From the human T2T-CHM13v2.0 reference genome, Homo sapiens, in NCBI RefSeq assembly GCF_009914755.1, contig NC_060947.1: 64,000 bases of DNA, one strand, 5' to 3'. The first letter of the stretch is position 1, and each line of letters starts with the position of its first letter. The position numbers and the translations under genes are program-made. Shown in pieces: positions 42,625-56,363 of this stretch. The notes beneath the pieces were generated by a model. The model did not search any database. It was given only the letters and a program-made list of their open reading frames with translations, and was not told where the DNA came from.

Positions 42625-44085
42625 GAAGAAATATCAGGAATGAAAATGGAGACATTGCTAAAGAACCTTTAAACATTTAGGAACAACTTTGTAGCAATAA
42701 ATTCAACATCATAGATGGAATTGATAAATTCTTCTAAAATTGACAGAACTGGCACAAGAAGCTATATAAAATCTAGTTACCCCGTATCTATTAAAGACAT
42801 TGAATTTGTAATTTTCAAACCAAATCCAAAAGGGAACTTTTGAACTAGAGAATTTCACTGGTCAATTCTATCAGACATTTTAAAAGTTCTTACACTGTTT
42901 CAGAAAATAACGGAGAAGGAAATATTTGCAGATTATTTCACCAGACCAGTATAACCCTGATACCCAAATTTAACAAAGACATCACAAGAAAAATAATTGT
43001 ATACCAATATCTGTCATAAATATAGGAAAAATCATTAATACACTATTATCAAATGTTATGGAGTAACATATAAAAAAGGGTACTAAATCATAACCAAATA
43101 CGGTTTAGCCCAGGAATGAAAAGTTGGTACAACATTCAAAAAGCAATCAATGCCATTCACGTTATGGAGAGGATAAAAGAAAAAATATTATATGATCACC
43201 TCAATAAGTACAGAAAAACATTTGACAAAATTTAACACCCATTTATGAATACAACAACAACAAAAAACCTTTCAGCTACCTGGGAAAAAAAGGGAACTTC
43301 CTTAACCTGTAAAGGCTATTTAAAAACTTATAGTTAACATCATACTGAATAATGAAAGACTAAAAATTTTTTCCCTAACATCAGAAACAAGGAAGGGCTA
43401 TCTGGTTCACCGCTTCTATTCAATATTGTACTAGATGTTCCAGACCACACAATAAGGTGAGCAAAGGAAATAAAAGCAATACAGATTTTTAAGAAGGAAA
43501 TAAAGCTGCCATTATTTGCAAATGGCACAACTATTTATATAGAGAATCCTAAGATGTTGAGAATTAGCTACTAGAACTAATTGGGAAGGCCAGAGGATTC
43601 ATGATCAATATATGAAAATCTGTTGTATTTCTATTTATTAGCAATAAACAACTGGAAAATAAAATTAAAAATGCCAATTATAGCATCAAAAAGCATAAAA
43701 TATTTTTAAAGAATTAACAAAACTGCAAAGACCTCAATGCTAAAAAATATGAAATATTACAGAGAAAAATTAAGTAAGATCTAGTTAAATGGACAAATAC
43801 ACCATGGTCATGGATTGGAATATTCAACATTAAGAGGTCAATTGTCCCCAAATTGCCATCCTAATAAAAATTACAGAATGCTTCCTTTGTAGAAACTGAC
43901 AAGCTGATTCTAAAATTTAGGTACAAAAGCAAACGGCTTGAAACACCCAAAAAATCTTGACAAAGAATAATATTGAAGGATTTACACTACCTGATTTTAA
44001 GACTTATTACAAAATGTCAGTAATCGAGAAAGTGTGGTATTGGTGTAATAAAAGATAAATAGATCAGTGAAACCAAATGGAAGCA
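42625..44085 (+). mobile_element. Old L1M ORF2 (RT region) relic
   Basis: Degenerate L1 ORF2 motifs: ataaccctgataccc, gaaaaacatttgacaaaatttaacaccc, ttctattcaatattgtactaga, catggattggaa, ctacctgattttaagacttattacaa. Confidence 0.85.
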
Positions 44086-45871
44086 GTTTCAAAAAGAAGT
44101 CTTCTGCAGGAAAAAAAAAAAAGTATCTGAAACCTCTGATCTGGCTTGATGATATATGAGACATATGAGATATATTTATTTATTAATAACTTTCACATTC
44201 CCATTGTACTTTTCACAGTTTCTGGTGTATACTTTGTGTTCGTAAAACATTTGTTGAATAAATGACTAACTTAAGCATTCACACTATGGCAATAAAGCAT
44301 TTGGCAGCTCTTTCATTAAGTATCTGTGATAAATGGCATCATCTCGTTACTTGAAAATAATCTAGTTTCATGGAACTAAAAATATATCACTTTTGTATAA
44401 AAGCTGACTATGTGCGTATGTCTCAGAAAGTTGAACTTGCTAAAATTTTTAAAATACTCTGGTAATATATTTCTTATAGACCTCTTAAAGAAACATTTGA
44501 CTAAAATGGGGTATACCATGGTGAGTTAAACTGAGGCCTTCTGGATTAGAAAAGGGTACAAAGTGAGATTTTTTTTTTCCTCTCCTGAGATATCATATTA
44601 TTTGCTCCCCTTCCCAGCTTGAAAATAAGAACTACATTCAGTGTGGCATACTGTAAGCACTGCAAACAAACATTTCATAATAATACATTTTGGACATATT
44701 TTATCTCAAAAACAATTTCAATTCAAATCCTAGATAATTAATCTTATTTTCAGCACCATGCATCTTATTAGGCTTAGCCATTTGTTTTTGCCCCAAAGGG
44801 CTTGAGGTTTTGCTCTAGAGAATCAACAAATCTAAAATAACACTAAAAAAGAACAGCAATAAATAATAATTCTGGTTTTTAAAAATTATTCATCAAAGCT
44901 GGCATAACACATAGGTGGAGTAGGCAGGTGCCCATATGGTGTCACTTCTGAGACATACATAATATCACCTTCTCCCACAACTGCAGCTGGACACTGATTC
45001 TGGCTTTCTCACCCTCAAGATTCATTCCTTTGCCTTCAGGGATTATCTCCAGAATTGCTCCATTAAAATGCAAATACGTTATATAGGAGGGATGACACAT
45101 TAACATACTCTCAGTAATTAATCTGCTGCTATCATCCTATCAGGATTAATTTATCGATTGTCCAGCAGAAATAAGGCGCTGAGGACATCTAATGTAGAAA
45201 AGATACAATTTAATGTGAGTGAGGCTAGGGAGGAGCTCAGGTATTCTAGCCTAGGTAGCACTCCATGGTCGGCAACTTTGAGTAGCAAGGGAACAACATT
45301 TACTCACTTAAGTAGCAAACTCCCTTGAGTGCCTATGACAGACACTGTGCTAGTCACTAAGGCCATGAACAGGAATAAATTAATTTTTAACCTTACTCAG
45401 AGACAGAGAAGAATTAGGTGCCTGAAGAGAACCTCAGATTTCCTATAGACAGACTGAAGCCATATGATTGTGCATTTGTTGTTGAACAGATGAATCTGAA
45501 CTTAATCTGATATCCTGCCATGTTGGGGAGAAGGAGATTGAAAGGTGATATGAGAGAAAGGCAAAGGTAGATTTTACTCTTACTTAGGAGCTTCATATAG
45601 GACCAGCCCTGGACACACTGATACTTTCTACTCCTCTGTGTCTTCTCTGAAACATATTTCCTCCAAACAAACCATGCAGCAACCATCTCTTCTTAAAAGA
45701 GGAGTAGCCAGTAGAGGGATTTTGTAATGTTCATAGTGGGAGACTGCTAAGGTTGAGGCAAGCACATCACACCACAGATAAGGCCATGTACACTAAAGGC
45801 TAGCTATGCCCTTCTTGTGGATCCATGTATTTGTGAGTGTGAGTGGGATGTGTGTGTGTCGGGGAGTGGGG

Positions 45872-45933
45872 GAGAGAGGGAGAGAGACAGAGAGAGACAG
45901 AGAGACAGAGAGAGACAGAGAGAGAGAGAAGAG
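45872..45933. repeat. (GA)n/(GAGACA)n purine-rich repeat
   Basis: Direct reading. Confidence 0.85.
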
Positions 45934-46730
45934 AAAATTAAAATTCATGTAGCAAGTGGTTCTCAGGACTACATTTCTATTATAATTTTCAGCCAAATGA
46001 TGATGCAAAAAAGGGGAATTTGTACTACTTTTCCTGCTCTGATAATGATAGGATACTTAATTTTTTTACTCCATATTCTTCTAATATAAGCAGTCAGTGT
46101 CATTAACCCCACATTTATCTTCAATGCTCCCACCCCCATTCCTGAACCTGGGACTCTAGGACCAACGAATTAGGCAAGTAGAATAATATAAAGGGTATAA
46201 GTGACTCAATTGTCTGACATCAAATCAGCTTTGCTGCTAGACTTGTTCTGAGCCTATAACCTCTATTAGTATTTCACCATTGTTCCTTTAAAATTAAGTC
46301 CCATCCTTGATCCCAGTTCCAGGAACCAACTCCTTACCTTGCCTCTTTGTAAATCCCTTGCTTAAATCTATCATTCCTCCAAGCCTAGGGTAACACACTC
46401 ACAAAAGTCCTTCTAAGGAAGGGAAATCAGGCTCCAAACCTCAGGCCCCATCATCTCCTGACAGAGCTAGACCTGACATTTACTGACTACCAAAATACCT
46501 GAATATCTGCTACTGGCCTTCCCTGAAGCATGCTCAACATGCTTACTAGGTTTTTAATTTACTGCTGGGCTTCCTTGAGGATAATCACAGGTCTAAACTT
46601 CCTCCTGCTCCCCACTGCCAAGACTGTCCTGGATCTTTGTAATGCTCTGCCTAGCCCTCTTTCTGGCTTCCAGATTTTGTCCACTCTTAGTTTGGGCTCC
46701 CCTATTGCTGGTCATGTTTCATCATGATAG

Positions 46731-47370
46731 TGTTGGGGATCAGAAAACAACACCCCAAAATGAAGGCCTCAGAAGCAGCCTCATAAGCAAAAGCTTCTCT
46801 CTGACCTTCTCCTGCCCTCCTGTCTCTTAGTCCCATTCTCCCCGAAGACTAGTCATAGAAACTAGAACCCCTGTTCTCCAAGGCAGGTCAGAGAAACAAT
46901 AACCCCCTTTCTCCAAAGCCAGCCATAAAACCTAAATGTGTTATTGTAACTTTCCCTCTTCCTTTCTGTGTAAAAACTGGCTATGAAGAAATTATCTGAC
47001 CTATCTCGGTTGACCGTAGGTTATAAGACCCTCATTCCAGGGAAGGACCTGCCCAATACCCAGAAGGAAAGAATGCATGCTCAAAGAGGACAAGAAGAAT
47101 CTGGACAGACAGACCATGCTGGGCTTCCCTGCTCTATTTCTATTAGCATTGTATCATATTCTTTTATTGTCAAGTTATATATATACATGGCTATTTATCC
47201 TTCATTGAACTGGAGAGTGTGCTCTGTATCTTTGGGTCTTCATTCTGAAGGCTGCCATATATACATATTAAATACATTTGTATGCATTTTCTCCAATTAA
47301 TATGCCTCTTGTTAGTGATTTTCAGCAAACTTTCAGAGGGCCAACGAGAAAGCTCTCCCTTGGTCTCTAA
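46731..47370 (+). mobile_element. MER39-family ERV1 solo LTR
   Basis: Begins tgttggggatcagaaaacaacaccccaaaatgaaggcctcagaagcagcctc, matching the MER39 5' end as I recall it; 4-bp TSD atag at 46727-46730 and 47371-47374. Confidence 0.8.
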
Positions 47371-48869
47371 ATAGACAAGACTAGTGGCTTTGATTCAGTG
47401 CTATAGCTAAAACTTCTGCTCATAACCAGTGTAAGCTAAGACTTGACAAACTCTCTGCTTCTCCCCTCCAACCATCTCCGGTTAGAGTGTTCAATAAATA
47501 TTAAATAACAATAATATAGCATGGGAGAGAAGGTATCTCATTAAATAAATCATGGAAATGTCAATCTACCTGTCTCAAATGGAAAGAATTTCATGAAGAA
47601 TATCTTTGGCTTTAAAGCTTAGTTTTCTTATATTCATTCATAACAAGCTGAAAAGAATGGAAATGAGCTAGTATTTTATAAGAATGAATTATGGGTATGA
47701 TTCGATTAAAATTTTTACTTTTTCCTGAGATAGTCAATTATTCACCCAATTGCCGTAGTCTATATACTCAGAAGCCTCATTTTGCATACTTATTATATAA
47801 GTCATGTTCAAACATGGTTAACCCCTGATTATCCCTATTAATGTTGAGGAGTAGAAAATCATTTCATCCAAAACAGCATATTATTCAAACCCTATATGTA
47901 CTGAGCTTTAGAAGTACATTATAAGATGCTTCTACCCTACCCCCGCACGAATATTCATTGAGGAGTGCTATAGGCAAAATATATACCAACTGAGGATGAG
48001 AGGAAGCTACTTCAGAGAAATATTAGGTGACAAGGCCAAAGACAAATGAGAATTAAATACAGACCACCCACAAAGTTAAGATTAAGTATAATCTCAACAA
48101 AAAGTTAACAAAATTAGTAAATGTCCAAAACATTCATTAAGTGAAAAAAGTAGATTATAATATTTACTATATAATTTTATTTCCCTAAATGCATACGTGT
48201 GCATGCACACACACACACACACAAATACACACACACACAAATACACACACACAGCATCTCCATTACTGGGCTGTCCCACTAGTCATACTTGATGCCTCAA
48301 GACAGTGATAGTGGCAACATCCATGACTAACAGGAGGCAACATCAGCAATAACAGTAACTTCTACTCAAATAGTAAGTGCTTAGTATAGCCCTATTTTCA
48401 TGATGATTTTTCTGATTTGCTTTACTCAGCTTTTCCATGGGTGGGTCAGCCATATTCTCCTGATTGTCATCCCTTTTGTTGGTGGCAGGGTCTACTGTAA
48501 TCATAATACATATAGGTATATCCCCCTCAAGTCTACTATATCAACTAATTTTACTGATTTGACTCATTAACTCATGACACAATCAATTCTTCATTTAATT
48601 GACTGACTTTTTTTTTTTTTTTTTTTTTTTGCAATTGACCAAATCAATTGGCAGGTTTGTGTTGACATGGTCTAAGGATTGCTATATCTGGATAACTGAG
48701 GTTCAATGCTTTAGTCCAGCTATAACAGCTGAGTGAAGTAGTTTCAGTCCACAAAACTAAAAATACTATCCTTCCCTTTACAAAAGAAGTTTGCCAAGCC
48801 CTGCTCTAGAAGAGATCTCAGAGGTTCATTGTCCTTATCTTATAGATTAGGAAACTGAGGTCCAAACAA

Positions 48870-49820
48870 GTTAAAAATAACTGAAACTCAACATATCTGA
48901 TAAAGAAATTCATGACCTCTGTTACCCTCCTGGCCGTGACAAAACAATCGCAGTTCTATAGTGTTCTTCATTTCAAGGAATGACACACCATCTACCCAGT
49001 TAAATGAGCCTGAAATCTATGAGTTATCCTTGACAGTGCCCTCTTGATCACCTCTGCATCGAGTCTAGGCTCCTCCAATTTCATATCTTCTCTATTGAAT
49101 CTTTCCACTTCTCTTCACTGCCACTATCCTTGTTCAACCTGCCACCATCACGTTCCTGAATGACTGCCACAGTCTCATAAGTGATCTCCATCCTTCTCTG
49201 GACACTTTCTGATTTGCTTTTCATACTGTAGTCAGAGTTATCTTTTCAAAATTCAAATCTTATCCATCATTTCTCTGCTTGAAACTCTACAAAGGCTTCC
49301 CACTGATCTTAGGATAAAGGGCAAACTCTTTTAATGTTCGTAAAGGCCCTATACAATCTAGCCCCTGTTGATGCCTGCAGCCTCACTTGTGCCATTTGCC
49401 TCTCCACTCCTTCTACTCTAACCATTCTGCCTTGCTTGCAATCCTTTAAACTCATCAAGCTCCCTCACACCACAGGGCCTTTGTACATGCTTCTCTTTTT
49501 CCTAGAACACTGTCCCTCCTCCTTTGCTTAGTTTACTAATCATAATTTCCTCAGGGAAGTAGGTTCTGACCTTCCTAACTATGTCAAATCCTCATATTAT
49601 ATGCTTTTATATAGCGCTGTATCTTCCCTTCCATGTACGTACCACAGGTATAATAATACAGTTTATATGTGTAATTATTTTAATACTGTCTGTCTTTACC
49701 ACTAGACTGTAAGTTCCATCATGGCAGGAATCTTGTCTATTGTATTCTACTGCCTCAATACCCAGCCCAGTGCCTTGTTCTTAGTTCAATAAATATTAAT
49801 TTAATAAATGAATGCATGAA
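48870..49820 (+). mobile_element. L2 relic
   Basis: ctgaaactcaacatatctga, cagagttatcttttcaaaattcaaatct, cacagggcctttgtacatgc, actagactgtaagttccat, aataaatgaatg. Confidence 0.8.
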
Positions 49821-52800
49821 TTTCCAGAAGTTCACACAGTTAGAATCCAAGTTTCCTGAGTCCTAGCATAGAATTTTTCAAGGCACAATGCTGCTCCTAT
49901 TTAGGCCAACAACACAGGATTGGGACATTTAGCATTTTTCTATTTGTTGGCTACAAACTAAGCCCCTAACTTCTGCCAGATGCTACACGTATGCATCGAA
50001 TTTTTCACCAAGGGGAGTATATGAATGCATCAGCAATTCAGTCCCACTACTACAATAATAAATCATATGCCTTGAAGAAGGTGAGTACAGATTGTTGTTA
50101 TTATCATCAAAGTAGTATGTATGTTAATTTTAAAAGGAAATATTTGAGCACTAACCATAGAAGGAAAACATGTAGTGCTGTTATAAGCATATTTAAGTTC
50201 CTTTTGAAAAAAAGTTTCCCAATACTTTCAATTTGCTGACCTGGGTTTCTGAATTTTATTTTTCTTTAAAATACCTACAGTTTTCATAGAAACATCACAA
50301 ATAACCTTTCATAGACTAAGTTGTTACTCATTTGGAAGGAAAAAAAACCAAAGAGAACACTATTCTTTCTTGAAAAAATCCAAGTTGAAATATGTGCACT
50401 TTATACTTTTTAAGCTAAGTGAAATAATAAAGAAAATTTATGAAATGCTCTTCTGGAAAATCTACTTATGGAAGGTTTTTATTTTAAACCAATAAGTGGA
50501 CTTTTAATAGTGAAATCTGAGAATTGTGCATATTCTTTAGAAAATCCAAGTTATAATCCTGAAGTACTATAATCATCTAATAGGTGCCTGATCTTTCAAA
50601 TTCTTTAATCCTTCTTCACATTAACTTTCTGACCTAGCTTTTTGCAAACACTCCTAAGTCCCTGAAAATATTTTCATGACACAAAACCGTAATTAATTGA
50701 GGTTGCCCTATGTTAGCAACTAACTTACAGATGTAGTTGGGTTCTGAGTGGTTCATAGGAAAACGTTTGTCTAATACAGCACTCCTAAAAATAGATATTC
50801 CAGTTGAAAGTCCAATTTTATTTTCTGGATTTCAGGATTAGAAACCCAGCAGCTGCTTACCAACAGATTCCATGTTAAATCAGGAGGGGATTTACTGATT
50901 CCATTACAGCTAAAAGACATATGACTAAAAAAAAAAAAACCACACACACACACACACACACACACTTTTATCCACCCAGAATAATATAATTGCAGCTTCA
51001 AATGAAATTCAACCCTATATTTTATTCATCATAAAATTTCCACATCCTCAGAATCTCCCTCATGGTAGGCAATATATACTCATCAAATAAGCAATTTCGA
51101 AGGTACAGCAGGCTAATCAACCTCTTGAGCATAGATCAGTAAGTGTTTTTTATAAGCTTAGCACTGTGTCAGACACTATGGAGGATATACATCAAGAGAA
51201 TGCAGTCCTTGCCCACTTGGCCATCATAATCTTGTTGAAAAGATCTACCCATGTGAAACATTTATCAACTAGTACCAGCATCTAGCACTTAGCCCCAAAG
51301 AAATTAAAGAAAAGAGAGAAAGCGAAGTGGATGCTATAGCACAAGGAAAACTTCCAAAGAAAGGGTGAGATTTCAGTAGACTTTAAAAGACGGTGAAGAC
51401 ATCAGCTTGACTAAAGTACAATGGGGAAGGCCTGGGAGAAGGAAGAATATAACTGATTTATTAGGCTACTACCATGTTCAGGGGACGTACAAGAGATTTT
51501 ATGAAAGGATAAGGCAAATCAGGGCCAGATTATGGAAGGCCTAGAATGCCCAATTAAGAAATTTGAATTTGAGCCAATAGCAATTACAACTGTATTCCAA
51601 TATTCCTCCAAAGCACAGCTTTAGTTGAGAGTGCCATGTCTATGGCCCTGAGATACTGTTCATTCCAACTCTTCAAAGTGAATGAGCTGAATTATGGTAC
51701 AGAATATAGTAAGTATAATTAATTAAAGGAAGAGGGCCTTTTAAATTTATATTGGGGCAACTGGATGCTCAACTACAGAAATGAAATCCAAATGGCAGCA
51801 AATAAATTGGATCACAGAAGAGTCCAACCCAGATTAAATAAGGGTCCTCCTAAACCTCACTTTAAAACCAAATGTCAAGTATCGACAAACACAGATGTAC
51901 ATAGTGATTTGGCTGTTTCATTACTTTGCATAATGAGAAATCTCAAAACAGAACATTACTCTGCAGAGACAAAAGATCTCAGTTTAATGTGCTTTAACAT
52001 TACTGGTGTGCTTTCATCATTAATGCTGCCATTAATTTAGGTCAAGTGAACGATAAGAACTTAGATTGTGTACCCTCTCAAATGCCAAAGTCTCTCATTC
52101 CCTGGTACATTTTGGGCTGGTGTGAGGCAGTGGCTCTGGACACCAAAAGGAGACACAGAGGAGACCTGAACACAAATTGGGCTGTAATTTTCCACTTTAG
52201 ATCTGATTGCTCCCTTATCCCATTTTCAACATGGATAGTAAGGTTGTTCAAGTAGAACAACCTCTGACTATTCTTTACACCACCCTGGAAAGCCTTCATT
52301 TCCTAAACCATTGTTTTCACCTATATAGAAGGTCAAGGCAATGATCCTTGCATTTGCTTATTAACAACATCAGTTGTCCATATTCATTTCAGAAAAGATG
52401 AGTTTTCCAATTGCTTCATGTGTGATTCCGCATTATGGCCTATCAGTGTGTGGCTTCAAAATGGAGAGTTTCATTTTAGAGAAAAAAAAAAAAAAAAAAG
52501 GATTTCCCACAAGGATTTCCCCTAAGTGTCTCTCAGATTGCCACTAGTTTCTTTTTATGTAGCTATGATATTGTTGTTATTTATTAATGAAATTTACATG
52601 ATACTTGATACCATAAAGAAGTATAGTCCCTGACTTCAAGGAATGTAATAGAATATATGCATTGAAATTGGATTCAAGGAGATTGACGTTAAAATAAAAT
52701 TGAAAGGGGAGCCACTGAGAGGTTTCAAGAAAAGGAGTAAGCTCAAAAACAGATGAAGATAATTTTAGCGGGAGGGCTATGCATGGTCACCTGAATATAA

Positions 52801-55800
52801 GAAGACTAGAATTCAAAATATAAAATTCGACAACAGCATTTAAGAAAAGAAGGTGAACAAGTATTTCTAAAAAAAAAAAAACAATGATAATAGTATTAAC
52901 GATGATAGCAGCTAATGTTTACTGAGTATTTACCACATGGCAAGCTCAGTGTATAACTGATTTTCATGTACTCTCATTTACTCTACACAGCATCCTATGA
53001 GATAGGCATTACTAAAATCATTTGACTTATGGGAAAAATGAGGCAGAGTATTTAAGTAACTTTCCTGAGGTTAAATGTCTGGTTGAGGTGTGAGCTTGCA
53101 TTCTTGTTAAAGCAATAAGACTTGGATGTATACTTCAATATATGCCTCATGTGAACATAGTAATCATAGATTTACTGTTAACAGTATAGACAAATTTATA
53201 CAATGAATAAGGATCATCTTTAGTCAATTAGGAAACCATGCACTTATTACACTTGCAAACATTTCTGGAATTCTTCTTTAGTAATTGTGTTCTAAATCTG
53301 AAACACACTTTTAGCCTATTCACTAGGAGGAATCTTTCTTTGAGGTTGAATTTAAATTTTATAAATACTGAAAAAAATAAGTTGGAATTAACTAGGTCAA
53401 ATGAAGTGCGATATCAATCCGGATAAATTCATTTGGGAACAAAAACATGATGTGGCATGAAGAAATTAGATGACTTTTTTTCTGAAAACATTCACCCAAA
53501 ATTCTAGAGCAGGAGAAGCATCTTTCAAATCAATAATAGCTTCCCTAGAAGAAAATGTCTTAACTCTATTAATTCTGGTTCTAGTATGTGTGTTCATATT
53601 AAAATGTAAATGTTTTATATTATAATTAACAGGTTATACATTTTATGTAAGACTATTAAAGAATAGTATTCCTACATATGAGATACGCAAGCACAGATAC
53701 ATTATAAATAGTATGGATATTCAAATGTGTAGAAATCAGCATGTACTAGATTACTTGACAAGGGCTTCATGGAAGGAAGTAGGGATGAACCTGGGCTTGA
53801 AGAACAAGTTAAATTTCCGTGAGGGATCATCTATGTAGGGTAGAGGAATCTGACGTGATTAACTAATAAAAGCAGACTTGACAAAGAGTCTAATTCAAAT
53901 GAAATAGGAGCTGTCCTAAAATACATTTTTAAACCAAACATCAGCAAAAGCAGATGTTACTATCTGGAGCACAGTGAGAGACAAGCATAGATAGTATGAT
54001 GGACTCAGATTACATGGGGAGGGGGTTGCTAAGTGATTACCAGCTGAGGAGTTTGAACATGATCTAAAGTTAGCCTATTATCCTTCTACCGGTGATTTTG
54101 TAAGTCTCAAGGATCTGTCAAGGCCCACTAATAAATGTCTTGCTCTACAAAGGCAATTTAAGGAAAGAAAAGAAAAGTAACATGGATACTTCAAATTCTC
54201 TTTCCCTTGAGTAAAGGCCCTCCCACTGACCTTGCTTTAAAGACAGGAATTGCTGGCAAGAACTGAAAAGGGCCATCAGCAGTGTGTAGATAAGCTTTTA
54301 GAAACACCTTATTGTCTTTCAAACAGATGAGCAGATTTTCTGGTAAGATTCAGTTAATGCACGACATTCTTTTTAACAAGTATGAACTTTCTGGTTATTG
54401 GATACTTATTTTCTACATAAAATACAGCCCTACAAAACCCTTGTTATTTCTTTAATTAAAGTAAATACTTGTTTACACTACTCTACTGCAAATTTTTAAA
54501 GTGTGAGATAATAATGAATCCCATTTTTGCAGTGCATTGTAAATCATATTAGTAACTTCTGGTGCTCTCTAGGTTTAATAGGTGATAGTTTATTATTCAT
54601 GTTCAGCATAAACTAAGTTGTTAAAATTACAAATTTACAAGTAAGCTACAAAAAGTATGCTTGTCTTCAGGATTATGGTTTTAATAATTGAAAATACTAT
54701 CTGACGTAGAGCAAGTAAAATATAGAAACTTGAACGTTCACCTGAAACTCATGGCTGAGAGTAACAGAAGTCCCTGAACACTGGGGCCGTCTTTCTATTT
54801 ATGTCAGGATAGACAAGCCAGTAAATGAACCAAGGAAAGTTACATTGTTTTATAGGATTTATATTTCCAGAATTCCTTTAGGAGGCTCATGTTTCTAAAA
54901 TGCAAACATTATAAATATGAAAGGAGACATGTTAATGCATGTTAAGTTAGATTCTGGCATGAGCAGAAGATGCTTGTCTTCATATCAAAACATGTCTTTA
55001 TTTTTATGCACAGAATGCTAAACTGCATGGAAAATTCTAAACCCTGAGTGAGTCTGGTTTTTTACATACAATAAGAAATGACCACGTACATGTTGAACTT
55101 GTTGCAACCAACTGGCTTTTTTTCTGGCCAGCAAGCCTAGTCATTCAAGAGATATCTTCTGAAATAAAATCCTTCCTAAACTCATCTTGAGCTCCTCATT
55201 ACATGAGGTTGAGACTCATGTTTCTAGCTTTTAAGGCCACCAGAGGCTTCCAATTCCAACCAGAGACTGACTTCTCTGGAATACAATTTACTTTGAATTG
55301 AATTGAAAAGAAAGCCTCCTTTGTTTTTTTTTCCCATTTGTTCCAATTCAAATTAGTGCATTGATTAAATTCCAGAGAAGACTTGGCTCATAATAAACCT
55401 GCCAAGGGCTTACTCAGTATCCTAAAAGACTATACTCCAGACATCTCATAATTGTATGGGTGACCTTGTTTTTTTTTTAATAACTTTGATTCTTTTCAAA
55501 TTCTGCTATATAGTTGAAATAATCCATTTACAGATAAGTTTATGAAATAAGAGAGTCCAAGCACCAGAAAAGTGAATAATGTGAATTAGCTAAAATGCCC
55601 CTCTATTCTAACTTACAAGGTAATAGAAAGCAGGACATACTATGATTTATTAGCTATTAACTCCTCTGGTCTGGCAGCGCCCTTTCTATATGAGATAGGG
55701 CCTCCACTTGGTTGACTGAGTTAGGTGAGATTCACTGAGAGAAATGATAGACTTTAGGACTATTTTCCAGATTTCAGTTTCCTCATCTGTAAAACAAGGT

Positions 55801-56241
55801 ACTTGAAACTAAACAATCTCTAAGTTCTTTTCTCTGCTTTAACCATCTATAATTCTACTCATTTTGAATCTACTCCATTATTTGATTTAATAATGTACAC
55901 AAATCTAGAAAGTTATCTTCAACAGACATGATAGTCACTAGGGAAACAAAGAGGTCTAAGAATCTAGAGGAGGCTAGAAACTTAGTTATGGAGATAAAAT
56001 ATGTCCATAAAAGGATATGTAACAATGCAGAGTAGGAAAAGGCTATGTGTCAAAATGGGAGGCATGAATGCAGAGCAGAATCCCTCAACCCCTGTTTATT
56101 CCTAATAGTCCAATACACATTGGACTATAAACTTTCATTGTATTTAGCCACTGTGATTTGAGGATTCTTTGTTGTATATATACACCTCTCTCTACCTCTA
56201 GTACAACAGTAGTACTAACTGCTATAACAAACTATAGATAG

Positions 56242-56244
<3 letters not shown>

Positions 56245-56281
<37 letters not shown>

Positions 56282-56315
56282 CTCTCTCTACCTCCAGTCC
56301 ATCTGTCTAGAGAGA

Positions 56316-56362
<47 letters not shown>
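56245..56362. repeat. Two (CA)n tracts separated by a ~37-bp spacer
   Basis: Direct reading; the spacer repeats ctctctctacctc from ~56185. Confidence 0.9.
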
Positions 56363-56363
<1 letters not shown>

